Assembly (NCBI GenBank): GCA_963705155.1
Contig: CAVPJC010000014.1
Location: forward strand, 136,705 to 200,704
Length of the DNA stretch: 64,000 nucleotides
Source: an uncultured Chloroflexia bacterium
GTDB lineage: Bacteria > Chloroflexota > Anaerolineae > Anaerolineales > UBA4823
Reading direction: 5' to 3'
The translations under genes and the position numbers were made by a program. The notes under the pieces are model-generated. The model was not told the origin of the DNA. It saw only the letters and a list, made by a program, of their open reading frames with translations, and searched no databases. This document shows positions 1-11,003 of this stretch, in pieces. The number at the start of each line of letters is the position of its first letter. Position 1 is the first letter of the stretch.

Positions 1-856
1 CAATGTTGTTACCGGGCCGCGGGATGCTGCTGAAGAAATGGGGGATGAGCTTATTTCTAATCCAAAAGTTAAGGCAATCAGCTTTACGGGATCCTCTGCA
101 ACCGGACGGCATCTAGCCGAAAAAGCCGGTCGTTATTTGAAAAAGATTTTTCTGGAGTTGGGAGGTAAAAATCCACTGATCATCCTGGCGGACGCCGATA
201 TGGAGCGCGCGGTTAATGCTGCTACCTTCGGTCGCTTTTTGCACCAGGGGCAAATTTGTATGTCTGTCGAGAAAATCATTGTTGAAGCCTCCGTCTGTGA
301 TGAGTTCACACAGCGGTTCCTGGCGAAAGTCAAGACCTTGCATGCCGGCAATCCACATGAGCCAGCCAATATTATCGGTCCGGTGATTAACCAACGGCAG
401 TTGGAAAAAATTCATAGCCACGTGATCGATGCCCAAGAGAAGGGGGCAACAGTTCTGGTCGGAGGCAACTATGAAGGTCTGTTCTATTCACCCACCGTAT
501 TAACGAACGTCACCCCGGATATGGCTGTTTACCAGGAAGAAACTTTTGGCCCGGTTGTACCCATCATTGTGGTTCAAGATGTTGAAGACGCCATCCGGGT
601 GGCCAACGATACTATCTACGGTCTATCAGCTGGAGTAATCACACAAGACGAAGAAAAAGGTTTGTATGTCGCCAGTCAGCTTGAATCTGGAATGGTGCAT
701 GTGAACGATGCGCCAGTGTATGACGAGCCCCATATGCCTTTTGGTGGCGTCAAAGCGAGTGGTATTGGAAGGCACGGCGGTAAGGCTTCTATCGAGGCGT
801 TCACCGAACTGCGATGGATTTCTTTGGAGCGCGGGGGCAGACAGTATCCTTTCTAG
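1..856 (+). CDS. Aldehyde dehydrogenase, aromatic-aldehyde (benzaldehyde/vanillin DH)-like; 5'-truncated by window edge
   Basis: ORF open from window start. FTGS, LELGGKNP, FLHQGQICMS (catalytic Cys), EETFGP and PFGGVKASG motifs. Confidence 0.9.
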   Translation, partial: NVVTGPRDAAEEMGDELISNPKVKAISFTGSSATGRHLAEKAGRYLKKIFLELGGKNPLIILADADMERAVNAATFGRFLHQGQICMSVEKIIVEASVCDEFTQRFLAKVKTLHAGNPHEPANIIGPVINQRQLEKIHSHVIDAQEKGATVLVGGNYEGLFYSPTVLTNVTPDMAVYQEETFGPVVPIIVVQDVEDAIRVANDTIYGLSAGVITQDEEKGLYVASQLESGMVHVNDAPVYDEPHMPFGGVKASGIGRHGGKASIEAFTELRWISLERGGRQYPF

Positions 857-946
857 GAAAATCATTTGTGGATCTTCGAGACCACCTCACAGCATTCGCC
901 GTGTTTTCTATGCGAATTTTTTGATCTTACAACCAGGAGATTTTAA

Positions 947-2245
947 ATGGAAACAAACTTTTTAGATCCATTCATTGAGAACTCTTGAAAGAGAGGCTTT
1001 GACCCAGATACAACTTAAAAAATTCCAGATGATGTTGAGCCATGTTCTGGATAAGAGTTCATTCTACCGTAAAAAATTTCTTGACGCTGGCTTTCGCAGG
1101 GCAGAAGATGTACGTACTGTTGATGATTATCGCCGGTTGCCATTTACAACAAAGGCAGAGATATCGATTGACCAGGCGTCTCATCCCCCTTATGGAACGA
1201 ACCTGACTTATCCGATGGAACAGTACATCCGTATTCATCAGACCTCAGGTACCACTGGTGAGCCGCTGCGATGTCTTGACACCGAGGAAAGCTGGAACTG
1301 GTGGGCTCGCTGCTGGGCGAATGTATATCGCGCTGCTGGCGTTACCTCTCTCGACCGAATCTTTCTTGCTTTCTCTTTCGGACCATTCATTGGATTTTGG
1401 AGCGCTCACGAGGGAGCTCGTCTGATTAAAGCATTAGCTGTGCCAGGCGGTGGGATGTCATCTTATCAACGGGTGAAAGCGATTCTGGTAAACGATATCT
1501 CCGTATTGGTTTGCACGCCTACCTATGCACTGCATCTGGCAGAAGTAGCGGAGCAAGAAGGTTTGGATATCAAAGGATCGAATGTTCGCATCACCATTCA
1601 TGCTGGTGAACCTGGTGCAAGTATCCCGGCGACGAAAGAACGAATTGAGACCCTTTGGGGAGCGCGTTGTTATGACCACGCCGGCGCAACCGAAGTGGGC
1701 GCGTGGGGGTTCGAATGCCAGGCGCAATCGGGATTGCATGTTAATGAAGGTGAGTTTATTTTTGAAATCATCGATCCTGTAACTGGAGAACAAGCCACCG
1801 AGGAGAACTCGTCATTACCAATCTGGGCAGGATTGGAATGCCGATCATTCGTTACCGGACTGGTGATAAAGTAAAACTTTCATCCGAGCGTTGTGAGTGT
1901 GGAAGAACCTACCGGATGTTAGACGGCGGGATCATTGGGCGTGTGGATGATGTATTGATCATTCGCGGTGTTAATGTTTTCCCAAGTGCCATCGAAGGTT
2001 TTGTGCGCCAGTTCCCAGAGGTCAGTGAGTTTGCTGTTGATATTTTCCGGCGGGAACAGCTGGATGAGATGGAAATCCGTCTGGAGGTTCATGGTGGAGA
2101 ACCCGAAGAGGTGGCAAAAGCCGTGGCGAAGGAGATTCGAAATGGCCTCGGTATGCGCATCGCGGTCAGGCCAGTACCTTATGGCACTTTGCCGCGTTTT
2201 GACCTAAAAGCACGCCGGATAAACGATCACCGCTATAAAAAGTAA
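947..2245 (+). CDS. Phenylacetate-CoA ligase (PaaK)-family adenylating enzyme; two frameshifts (~978, ~1800)
   Basis: AGGAG RBS then ATG at 947. HQTSGTTGEP, HAGEPG, DHAGATE, MPIIRYRTGD and GRVDDVLIIRGVNVFP are split over ORFs 975-1874 and 1838-2245. Confidence 0.85.
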
Positions 2246-2277
2246 TCGCTTTTTGGAGGTTGTTCCTGGAGAACACG

Positions 2278-2526
2278 ATGAACATTGAATTAACAGTTGA
2301 GAAGTATATTTTGACCGAATTACACCTGGGAAAAAGGACAAAGATCGGACTCGATGAGTCTCTCGTTGGCTCAGGAATTCTGGATTCGCTGACCTTACTG
2401 CAATTGATTGCCTTCCTGGAAGAGCAATACCAGGTAAAGTTTGAAGATCAAGACATTAATCCTGAATATTTTCGATCAATCAACGCGATTAAAACGTTCA
2501 TCGAGCAAAAATTACGGAAATCCTGA
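2278..2526 (+). CDS. Acyl carrier protein 1
   Basis: 82 aa with GILDSL phosphopantetheine Ser motif and a GGAG RBS before ATG 2278. Confidence 0.88.
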   Translation: MNIELTVEKYILTELHLGKRTKIGLDESLVGSGILDSLTLLQLIAFLEEQYQVKFEDQDINPEYFRSINAIKTFIEQKLRKS

Positions 2527-2545
2527 ATTTATTTTGGGAGTATCT

Positions 2546-4294
2546 ATGATTTTGGCACACATAAACCAGACACTACAAGCCAAGATATTCGAACGCCTTG
2601 AAAAGGATCCCACCCGAAAAACAATTATGTTTTATAACGCAAATCGGGGATCGAACTGGTATAGTTTTGAGGGTTTGTACCAGTCTGCGAGTGGTTACGC
2701 ACAACTTTTGTTGGATTCTGGGCTGGGCAAGGGAGGTGTATGTATCATTGTGCTTCCCAGCGGCGAACTCTCTGCAATGTTGTTAACTGCCACTCTGTTA
2801 TTGGGAGGAGTGCCCTTACTTGTTGCACCTCCTTCACTACAGGCAGAGGGTGCTTTTTCCAGCCTATTAAATATCATCGAGAGAATCATTGGGAAAACCA
2901 GGCCTGATATCGTTGTTCTGCCTGATTCAATGGCGGAAATGCGAAAAGGCATTCGCAGCATCAAAGGAAAACCGCGTCGTATTTTTACAGAAGGCGAGGT
3001 GACACCCATTTATGGGGCAAAAATCCCGATCACAGTGCCTGGAGAAGATGATATTGCCGCTATGCAATTGACATCAGGAACGACAGGGTTTCCACGAGTA
3101 TGTGTCTGGAAACAGAGAAATGTAATCGCAGCATTAGATGGGATGTCTGCTGCGATGGATATTTCGGAGTATGACACCTGTCTGAATTGGACACCCTTAT
3201 ATCACGATATGGGTCTGGTAAATAATTTCTTCACAAGCGTTACCAGGGGTGTGCCATTAGTAATGTTGAACCCAAATGAGTTCGTCAAAGATCCCTCCCT
3301 CTGGCTGCGAAGTCTGTCTGAAACTGGTGCAACGGTAACCTGGTCACCGAATTTTGGTTTTGCAATTACTGCCCAGCGTGTTAAGGACAGAGACCTTGAA
3401 GGCGTACGATTAGACCAGGTTCGTGGTTTCTGGAATGCGGCAGAGAAAATCCACTATGAAACAATGAAGGCTTTTCACAAGAGATTTGAGGCTTACGGTG
3501 TTCGTTACGAAGCTCTCAAGACAAATTTTGGTTGTGCTGAGAATATCGGTGGAGCAACATTTAGCGATCCAAAGGGAGCCTTTTTGGTGGAACACCTGGA
3601 TCGTAAATCATTCCTCGAGTCTGGCGTTGCCAATCCGGTGGAAAACTCGAGCGGGGAAGGGGAAGTAGTTTCAATCGTCGGCGCAGGAAAGCCGCACCCT
3701 GGTATTCGTATCAGCATCCTGTCCAAAAAAGGTAAACAACTTCCGGATGGATGCATAGGTGAACTTGCTTTGGATACACCTTCGCGTATGCAAGGCTATC
3801 TGAATGATGCACGGGCAACCCGCCGGGCGTTATTTGGAAAATACTTGCGCACCGGAGATATGGGTTACATGCGTGGTGACCAGTTCTTTTGGGTTGGGCG
3901 TGTCAAAGAACGGATCACTGTGCGAGGTGTAAAGCTTGACCCTAGTGACTTTGAAAGGATTTTGCTGCAGATTCCCGGGCTGCGGCACGGTAATTTTGCA
4001 GCCTTTGGTGTCGACGATGAGAAACTGGGGACTCAGCGTATTGTTCTTGTTTCGGAAGTACGCAATTCAAACGAGAGAAACCCGGATGAAATTTCATCGG
4101 ACATCCGTAACCGGGTGTTTCTACAATTGGGGGTCAATATCAATGATGTGGTCCTGGTTAACCCAGACACACTTACCAAAACATCAAGTGGAAAGAGACG
4201 ACACCGCTTCTTCCGTAAGTTATATCTGGAAGGCAACCTGGAGGAATTCAGGTGGCTCCCCGCCAGCGTGAAAGACACACATTCAGGCAGCTAG
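2546..4294 (+). CDS. Fatty acyl-AMP ligase (FAAL)-like adenylation enzyme
   Basis: QLTSGTTGFP, WTPLYHDMGL, WSPNFGF, LRTGDMG and KTSSGK motifs. Directly follows an ACP. Confidence 0.85.
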   Translation: MILAHINQTLQAKIFERLEKDPTRKTIMFYNANRGSNWYSFEGLYQSASGYAQLLLDSGLGKGGVCIIVLPSGELSAMLLTATLLLGGVPLLVAPPSLQAEGAFSSLLNIIERIIGKTRPDIVVLPDSMAEMRKGIRSIKGKPRRIFTEGEVTPIYGAKIPITVPGEDDIAAMQLTSGTTGFPRVCVWKQRNVIAALDGMSAAMDISEYDTCLNWTPLYHDMGLVNNFFTSVTRGVPLVMLNPNEFVKDPSLWLRSLSETGATVTWSPNFGFAITAQRVKDRDLEGVRLDQVRGFWNAAEKIHYETMKAFHKRFEAYGVRYEALKTNFGCAENIGGATFSDPKGAFLVEHLDRKSFLESGVANPVENSSGEGEVVSIVGAGKPHPGIRISILSKKGKQLPDGCIGELALDTPSRMQGYLNDARATRRALFGKYLRTGDMGYMRGDQFFWVGRVKERITVRGVKLDPSDFERILLQIPGLRHGNFAAFGVDDEKLGTQRIVLVSEVRNSNERNPDEISSDIRNRVFLQLGVNINDVVLVNPDTLTKTSSGKRRHRFFRKLYLEGNLEEFRWLPASVKDTHSGS

Positions 4295-4311
4295 GAAAAT
4301 GACTTAATTCT

Positions 4312-5421
4312 ATGGCGAAACGGTTATTAATCCTGAATGGACTGGCGACGTTCGGTGTGGTTTTAAATCACGCCGCAAGCTGGGGTTTTATTGCAATGTT
4401 TTGGTGGACCGACCGTTATCGGGCTGTCAGTGTACCTAATTTTGACCAAATTGGGAGCGCGTCCTATTATGCTATGCGGTTCATCGAACAGTTAATCGCG
4501 TTTAGCGTACCGGCTTTCTTGTTTGTTTCCGGTTTTTTCGTGGCATTTGTTATCGGAAAAGAGAACTTGCTTTCCGGCTTTAAAATTGCAGGCAAGAGGA
4601 TCGGAACCCTGATCGTTCCTTATCTAATTTGGTCGGGGGTTATGTTCGGTTTCTCATACATTTTGGGTGCCAAATATTCGATCTTCCGATATATCAAAAT
4701 GCTGCTTGTCGGAGGTGCAGCAGATCCATACTACTACATCCCCCTGATCATCCAACTGTTCGCTCTCGCACCATTGTTTGTTTTAATCGCAAGAAACCAT
4801 TGGAAAGCATTACTTGCTTGTGGGATCGTGACACAATTCATTGTGCAAGGGATCCGTTACCCAATGATACTCGGGATGGACTCACCCCTATTAGTTTGGT
4901 TGATAAAACTGACACCCGGGTGGTTCTTTCCAACCAAAGTTATGTGGTTCATCCTGGGCATTGTGGTCAGTTTACATCTGGTGGCATTTAAGGAGTGGAT
5001 TTTTAAACTTCGATACGGCCTCCTTATAGGTTTGGTGGTTTTTCTGCTAGCGACTATGATCGAATGGGAAGTTTTGCTCCGAGCCTCGAATTCGGACTGG
5101 ATCCCATATTTTGATACTGTGTTGGATAGTGTCTATGCATTCTTCTTCATAACCACGTTTATCAACTTTAATCAGGTCGAATTACCAAAATCTCAGTGGT
5201 TAGCGGATCTGGGCGGGAAATCTTACGGGGTTTACCTGGTGCACACGATTGTCCTGATCGTATCAGCACGCTTGATATTCCACGTGGCGCCTTTTATTCT
5301 CGCATATCAAATTATTTTTCAGCCCATATTAATTGCCTTAGGTCTTGGCTCTCCGCTAATCTTGATGATGTTGGTCAAAAAGTCGCCGGCGCGGATGTTT
5401 TATAGAACGCTCTTCGGCTAA
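4312..5421 (+). CDS. Membrane acyltransferase, acyltransferase-3 (OafA/YeiB-like) family
   Basis: VVLNH, VPAFLFVSGF, PYLIWS, YYYIPL and SYGVYLVH motifs. About 10 hydrophobic segments. Confidence 0.85.
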   Translation: MAKRLLILNGLATFGVVLNHAASWGFIAMFWWTDRYRAVSVPNFDQIGSASYYAMRFIEQLIAFSVPAFLFVSGFFVAFVIGKENLLSGFKIAGKRIGTLIVPYLIWSGVMFGFSYILGAKYSIFRYIKMLLVGGAADPYYYIPLIIQLFALAPLFVLIARNHWKALLACGIVTQFIVQGIRYPMILGMDSPLLVWLIKLTPGWFFPTKVMWFILGIVVSLHLVAFKEWIFKLRYGLLIGLVVFLLATMIEWEVLLRASNSDWIPYFDTVLDSVYAFFFITTFINFNQVELPKSQWLADLGGKSYGVYLVHTIVLIVSARLIFHVAPFILAYQIIFQPILIALGLGSPLILMMLVKKSPARMFYRTLFG

Positions 5422-5444
5422 AGCCACAGAAGGATCGAACGATT

Positions 5445-6440
5445 ATGCATAAAATATTAGTCACAGGTGGAGCTGGATTTATTGGCTCGCACGTCGTTCA
5501 AGAACTAATCTCCCGCGGCCATTCGGTTACCGTACTGGATGATTTGAGCGGCGGATTTACCGATAATCTGGTAAATGGCGTAAATTTCGTTCAAGGATCG
5601 ATCACCGATGTTGAGTTGGTGGATGAATTATTCAAACAAAGCCAGTTTGATTATGTTTATCATCTGGCAGCATATGCCGCTGAGGGTCTCAGTCATTTCA
5701 TCAAGCGGTTTAATTACACAAACAATCTAATTGGCAGCGTCAATTTAATTAATGCAGCAATTAATACAGGTGTCAAGTGTTTTGTATTTACGTCTTCCAT
5801 CGCGGTGTATGGGGCCACTCCTGAGCTGCCGATGACCGAAGAAACACAACCACACCCTGAGGATCCTTATGGTATTGCAAAACTAGCCGTTGAGCAGGAG
5901 CTTCGGGTCTGCAAGGATATGTTTGGTCTTGATTACATCATTTTTCGGCCTCATAATGTGTATGGTGAGCGCCAGAATATCGGAGATAAATATCGAAATG
6001 TTGTCGGAATTTTTATGAACCAAATCTTGCAGGGTAAACCCATGACGATCTTTGGAGATGGTGAGCAAACCAGGGCTTTCAGTTATATCGGAGATGTAGC
6101 TCCAATTATTGCCGAAGCGGTGGAGGTGCATGATGCGTATAACCAAATCTTCAACATTGGCGCTGATCAGCCTTTTAGTGTGAACGAGTTAGCGACAAAC
6201 GTTGCCCTTGCAATGGATACACAACCAAACATTGTGCACTTACCAGCCAGAAATGAAGTGCAAAATGCGTATTCATCCCACGACAAGGTGAGACGAATGT
6301 TTGGAGATCGAAGCCCAACGACATTGGAACAAGGATTAGATCGCATGGCAGCGTGGGTTAAAAGTCATGGCGCCAGGGAGAGCCACAAATTTGGTGATAT
6401 TGAGATCATCAAAAATTTCCCTCCGGGTTGGCTGTCTTGA
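5445..6440 (+). CDS. NAD-dependent nucleotide-sugar epimerase/dehydratase
   Basis: TGGAGFIGS, FTSS and YGIAK (YxxxK) extended-SDR motifs. Confidence 0.92.
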   Translation: MHKILVTGGAGFIGSHVVQELISRGHSVTVLDDLSGGFTDNLVNGVNFVQGSITDVELVDELFKQSQFDYVYHLAAYAAEGLSHFIKRFNYTNNLIGSVNLINAAINTGVKCFVFTSSIAVYGATPELPMTEETQPHPEDPYGIAKLAVEQELRVCKDMFGLDYIIFRPHNVYGERQNIGDKYRNVVGIFMNQILQGKPMTIFGDGEQTRAFSYIGDVAPIIAEAVEVHDAYNQIFNIGADQPFSVNELATNVALAMDTQPNIVHLPARNEVQNAYSSHDKVRRMFGDRSPTTLEQGLDRMAAWVKSHGARESHKFGDIEIIKNFPPGWLS

Positions 6441-6452
6441 AAGGCGTCTGAT

Positions 6453-7361
6453 ATGACCAGTCCCCTGGTAATAACTGTAATCTTAAATACAAACCGAAGA
6501 GAGGATACGCTGGCGGTGCTTGATTCTTTGTCCAAGGGCGATTATCCAAATCATCAGATCATGGTTTTGGATAACGCATCTTCGGATGGTTCAGTTCAGG
6601 CCATCCGAGAACGATTCGCCTCTGTTCAAATCATTCCAATCCTTGAGAACCGGGGATACGCCGGTAACAACAATGTTGGCATTGAAGCTGCCTTAGCACA
6701 GGGGGCAGAATGGGTATTTGTTTTGAATGAAGATACAATTCTTGCATCCGATTGCATTCGTAAACTGGTTGAGGCAGGCGCGAGTATGCCTGAAGTGGGT
6801 ATTGTGGGGCCTATGGTTTATCATCACAGCGAGCCAACCGTCATTCAATCAGCTGGAGGTGTTATCAATTCGAAATGGCAGACCTGGCATGCAGGGCAAA
6901 ATGAAGTTGACCACGGACAATTTCCAGAAATACGCCAGGTGGATTGGTTGTCGGGTTGTGCAATTATGGTTCGTCGTGGAGTAATCGAACAGGTGGGGAT
7001 GCTTGATGTGCGTTTCTTTTATTATTTTGAAGAGACTGAGTGGTGTCTTCGCTCTCGGAATGCTGGTTGGAAGATTTTGCATGTTCCACAGGCTCATTTG
7101 TGGCACAAAGGTGTGCAAAAAAATTATACACCTGGTGCAAATGTCACTTACTATGCCACGCGCAACAGGTTTCTTTTATTTTCGAAACACAAAGCCCCAA
7201 TAATTGCCTGGTTGATCGCGATCTGGGAAACCGCACGGACATTATTTAGTTGGAGTATACGCCCAAAGTGGCGTGATATGCGCGACCATCGCGATGCCAT
7301 GTGGCAGGGGATGATGGATTTTATCGGAAAGCGGTGGGGTATGCGCGGTGCATTGAGATGA
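6453..7361 (+). CDS. Glycosyltransferase family 2
   Basis: DNASSDGS, NRGYAGNNNVG, LNEDT, and FFYYFEETEWC motifs. Confidence 0.92.
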   Translation: MTSPLVITVILNTNRREDTLAVLDSLSKGDYPNHQIMVLDNASSDGSVQAIRERFASVQIIPILENRGYAGNNNVGIEAALAQGAEWVFVLNEDTILASDCIRKLVEAGASMPEVGIVGPMVYHHSEPTVIQSAGGVINSKWQTWHAGQNEVDHGQFPEIRQVDWLSGCAIMVRRGVIEQVGMLDVRFFYYFEETEWCLRSRNAGWKILHVPQAHLWHKGVQKNYTPGANVTYYATRNRFLLFSKHKAPIIAWLIAIWETARTLFSWSIRPKWRDMRDHRDAMWQGMMDFIGKRWGMRGALR

Positions 7362-8404
7362 ACAGACAATTCAGCGCTTTAGGCGGTTTAGCGATGATTT
7401 TGATTGTACTCAATCACGCGATTGAGCTTGGCCTGGGTTACCCGGAACGGCTTGGTTTTGCGTCTCCACCTGAGTGGTTTCATAATACGATGCTAATTGT
7501 TCAGGGATTAGGGGTATTCGCTGTCCCTACTTTTCTTTTCATATCAGGAAGTTTCCTGGCATACGCCGCGCAAGGCGAACCGCCACGCCTGACACCTAAA
7601 TTTCTGGCATCGAGCTTGCGAAATATTCTTATACCCTATGTAATCTGGTCAGTGGTATTTTTTATTCTGGTTTATTTTCATTGGTCCCAGGGATATACTC
7701 TGATGGGATATTTAAAGCACCTGGTTACCGGTTATCCTTTCCATTTCATTCCCCTTCTCGTATTTTTTTATGTACTTTCCCCGTTGATGGTGATTCCGGC
7801 TAAGCGATACCCGGTCTTGTTGCTGTTAGTATTTTTGATCTATCAATTTTTATTAATTGTTATTCTTAATCCAAATATCTTTGGATTTCAATTCCCCGGT
7901 TGGATGAATCGCCTGGCAGTACCAGCATTAAAAACAACAATGTCTGAATGGGGGTTATATTTCCCGTTTGGCTTGGTTTACGGCTTACACGTCTCAAAGA
8001 TTCAGCCATTATTAAGAAAATATGCCTGGCTGTCGGCATCGATGACGGTGTTGCTTTTTATCCTTGCAATATTGAGCGGATTTAAACTAATATTGCTGCC
8101 GGCAGCTCGTTACTTGATCATGCTTTCTTTTGTTTTATTTATTCCTGCCATCCGCCGGGATCAAATTCCATTTCTACCTTTCTTCGAGCGGGTAGGTAAA
8201 ATGACGTACGGTTTGTACCTCACACACCTCATTTGTATCGATTTATTTGTGATCCTTATTCAGCTTGTCTATCCACAGTTTCTGGGGTGGAGCTGGATTT
8301 TAATACTATCGATGTTCCTGGTTGGGATTAGCACGCCAATTGCGTTAATGGAGGGTTTCTCGAAGGGGCGTATGCGCAAAATTTACCGGTACTTGTTTGG
8401 CTAA
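7358..8404 (+). CDS. Second acyltransferase-3 family membrane acyltransferase
   Basis: IVLNH, VPTFLFISG, PYVIWS and TYGLYLTH motifs. Paralogous to 4312-5421, with an ATGA overlap to the upstream gene. Confidence 0.85.
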   Translation: MNRQFSALGGLAMILIVLNHAIELGLGYPERLGFASPPEWFHNTMLIVQGLGVFAVPTFLFISGSFLAYAAQGEPPRLTPKFLASSLRNILIPYVIWSVVFFILVYFHWSQGYTLMGYLKHLVTGYPFHFIPLLVFFYVLSPLMVIPAKRYPVLLLLVFLIYQFLLIVILNPNIFGFQFPGWMNRLAVPALKTTMSEWGLYFPFGLVYGLHVSKIQPLLRKYAWLSASMTVLLFILAILSGFKLILLPAARYLIMLSFVLFIPAIRRDQIPFLPFFERVGKMTYGLYLTHLICIDLFVILIQLVYPQFLGWSWILILSMFLVGISTPIALMEGFSKGRMRKIYRYLFG

Positions 8405-8406
8405 CC

Positions 8407-9573
8407 ATGCATATACTTTTTTTATCCCGCTGGTATCCTTATCCACCGTCCAATGGCTCGAAAATCCGGGTTTACAATCTTCTGCGAGGTTTAGGTAAGG
8501 AACACAGCGTAACCCTATTTTCCTATTTTCAGCCAGAAGAAGGGCTGCCAGATCTTAATGCTATGAAAGAATGGTGCACTCATGTGGAGGTACTTCCTTA
8601 CAGGAGTTTTCGACCCAACAGCATGCATGCCTGGGCTGGTTTTTTTAGCAGCACCCCTCGAGCTTACCTCGATACCTTTTCCGCGGAATTTAGGGACAAA
8701 ATAATTAGCCTGCTTCAGGAATTTAAATACGATCTTGTTATTGCTTCACAAATTGACACGGCGGGATACGGTCGATATCTAAAGGGTATCCCAGCTATCT
8801 TTGAAGAGGTAGAAGTTAGTCATATTTATGAACGATACCATCATGCGACAAACATCATCAGCCGGATCAGAAGTGGAATGACCTGGGCGAAGCATCGCCA
8901 ATATTTGCTTAAATTGTTCAAGTATTACAAAATATGTACTGTTGCCTCTGGAAATGAAAAACAGCTCCTTGACGGTATTGTACGAACTGAGCCGAAGATC
9001 GAAGTAATCCCTAACTGTATTGATGTTAAGACCTATGCAGGAGATTGGGGGCAGCCAGACCCAAATATTATCGTGTTTACCGGATCGTTCCGTTATAATC
9101 CAAACTACGAAGGGGCGTTATGGTTTGTAAACCATGTGTTACCTTTGGTGCAGAGAGAATATCCTGGTATTCAGCTGGCGATCACTGGAGATCATGCGAA
9201 TAAGCTATTTCCTGCTGGAGCAGGTATTCGCCTGACTGGATTCGTTGATGATATCCGGCCATGGTTGGCGAAGGCTTGGTGCAGTATCGTTCCAATCTTT
9301 ACAGGCGGTGGGACAAGACTTAAAATTTTAGAGGCTATGGCGGCGGGAACACCAGTTGTTTCAACATCCAAAGGAGCAGAAGGATTGGATGCGCAGGATG
9401 GCGAACATTTGTTGATCGCTGATTCGCCAACCGATTTTGCAAAAGCAATCATTGAATTGCGGAAGAATGAGCAATTGCACACAGAAATTGCCGTAAATGC
9501 ACGCAATCTCGTTCTTAAATCGTTCGATTGGCCGATCATTATGAACCGTTTTTCGGAAATTATCCGATTATGA
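8407..9573 (+). CDS. Glycosyltransferase family 4 (resembles PEP-CTERM/EpsH1-associated sugar transferases)
   Basis: PYPPSNGSKIR N-terminus, FTGSFRYNPN, and GGGTRLKILEAMAAGTPVVST motifs. Confidence 0.9.
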   Translation: MHILFLSRWYPYPPSNGSKIRVYNLLRGLGKEHSVTLFSYFQPEEGLPDLNAMKEWCTHVEVLPYRSFRPNSMHAWAGFFSSTPRAYLDTFSAEFRDKIISLLQEFKYDLVIASQIDTAGYGRYLKGIPAIFEEVEVSHIYERYHHATNIISRIRSGMTWAKHRQYLLKLFKYYKICTVASGNEKQLLDGIVRTEPKIEVIPNCIDVKTYAGDWGQPDPNIIVFTGSFRYNPNYEGALWFVNHVLPLVQREYPGIQLAITGDHANKLFPAGAGIRLTGFVDDIRPWLAKAWCSIVPIFTGGGTRLKILEAMAAGTPVVSTSKGAEGLDAQDGEHLLIADSPTDFAKAIIELRKNEQLHTEIAVNARNLVLKSFDWPIIMNRFSEIIRL

Positions 9574-11003
9574 AATCATTAAGTTCGAAATCAATGTTGT
9601 TCATTACCCAATTGGTAAAAACAGAAGAGGGGCAGCGACCGGCGTGGCTCCGACCGATTATTGTTATCGCCGTTCTGTTCCTTAGTGTTGCCCTTTCGGT
9701 ACTTGGTAAGCCAAAAATCAGTCTCCTCGCAGGGGCTGCGATTTTTGGAATACCGGTTGTATTTGCATTTTTACGTTGGCCTCAAGTCGGATTAGCTGCA
9801 TTGGTAGTGGCTAGTTTTCTAATACCATCCCCTTTCGGTCCAGGTAGTGCGGGTGCGGTCATGCACTCGGCAATTTTGCTCACCGTTTTGCTCACCCTGC
9901 TGTGGATGCTTGATATGGTCGTGCGGGAGAAACGAATCTCGATAAATGCGTCAATTACCAATTCGCCGCTGATAGCGTTAATGATCGTAGCGATCATTGC
10001 TTTAATTAATGGCCAGATCAATTATTATTATCTGGCAAGATTGGCTTCTCCCATAGCTCAGATCAGTGGATTAGCGGTATTTCTTCTCTCTATAGCTGCT
10101 TACTTCCTTGGAGCCAACCAAATTAAAACCCAGGCCTGGCTCGAAAAGCTCACCTGGCTCTTCCTGGCTATTGGCGCAATATATATGATTGGGCGCCTTA
10201 CCCCTCTTACAGAGCGGTTCATCCGCCCAATATTCCAATATGGATCAGATGCAAGTCTGTTCTGGACCTGGATGGTAGCTCTCGGCGCCAGTCAGGGGCT
10301 GATCAACACCAGGCTGGACAAACGATGGCGAGTTGCCCTGGGATTATTAACTGCAACCACAATCTATGTAGCCTTGATTTAAAATTACTTCTGGAAATCT
10401 GGTTGGTTGCCAGCATTGGCCGCACTTGGTGTCATTATCTTCCTGGGTTTTCCAAAGTTGAGACCACTTGTTATTGTCGGGGCTTTAGTGGTAGCAATTT
10501 TTTCGATAACTGACTCACAAGTTGTTGTTTCAAGTGAGGATTACAGCATCCTGACCCGGGTCGAAGCCTGGAAGCTGATTTGGAAGATCATCCAGGCAAA
10601 CCCGATCCTCGGATTAGGTATGTCAAATTATTACTGGTATACTCCATTGTTTCCAATTTTGGGGTATGCGGTGAATTACAATTCACACAATAATTACATC
10701 GATATCGTTGCACAAACTGGTTTGGTTGGTTTGGCGTGTTTCATCTGGTTTCTCTTGGCCTCTGGTTGGTTAGGACTCCGTTTAAAGGATGCGGTTCCAG
10801 ATGGGTTTGCCAGGGCATTTGTTATCGGTGCAATGGGCGGATTGGCTGGAATCATTGCCAGCGGGATGTTAGGAGATTGGGTACTACCGTTTGTTTACAA
10901 TGTTGGCTTATATGGAATGCGTTCCAGTATATTGAGTTGGTTTTTCCTGGGCTGCCTGGTTTTTTATGAGCAGACCTATTTACATGGTCGAAAAACCGGA
11001 TAG
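9570..11003 (+). CDS. O-antigen ligase/Wzy_C-family membrane protein; in-frame TAA at 10380 (probable miscall of CAA)
   Basis: ORFs 9528-10382 and 10407-11003 are in the same frame. TRVEAW..PILGLG..SHNNYIDIVAQTGLVG Wzy_C signature. Confidence 0.82.
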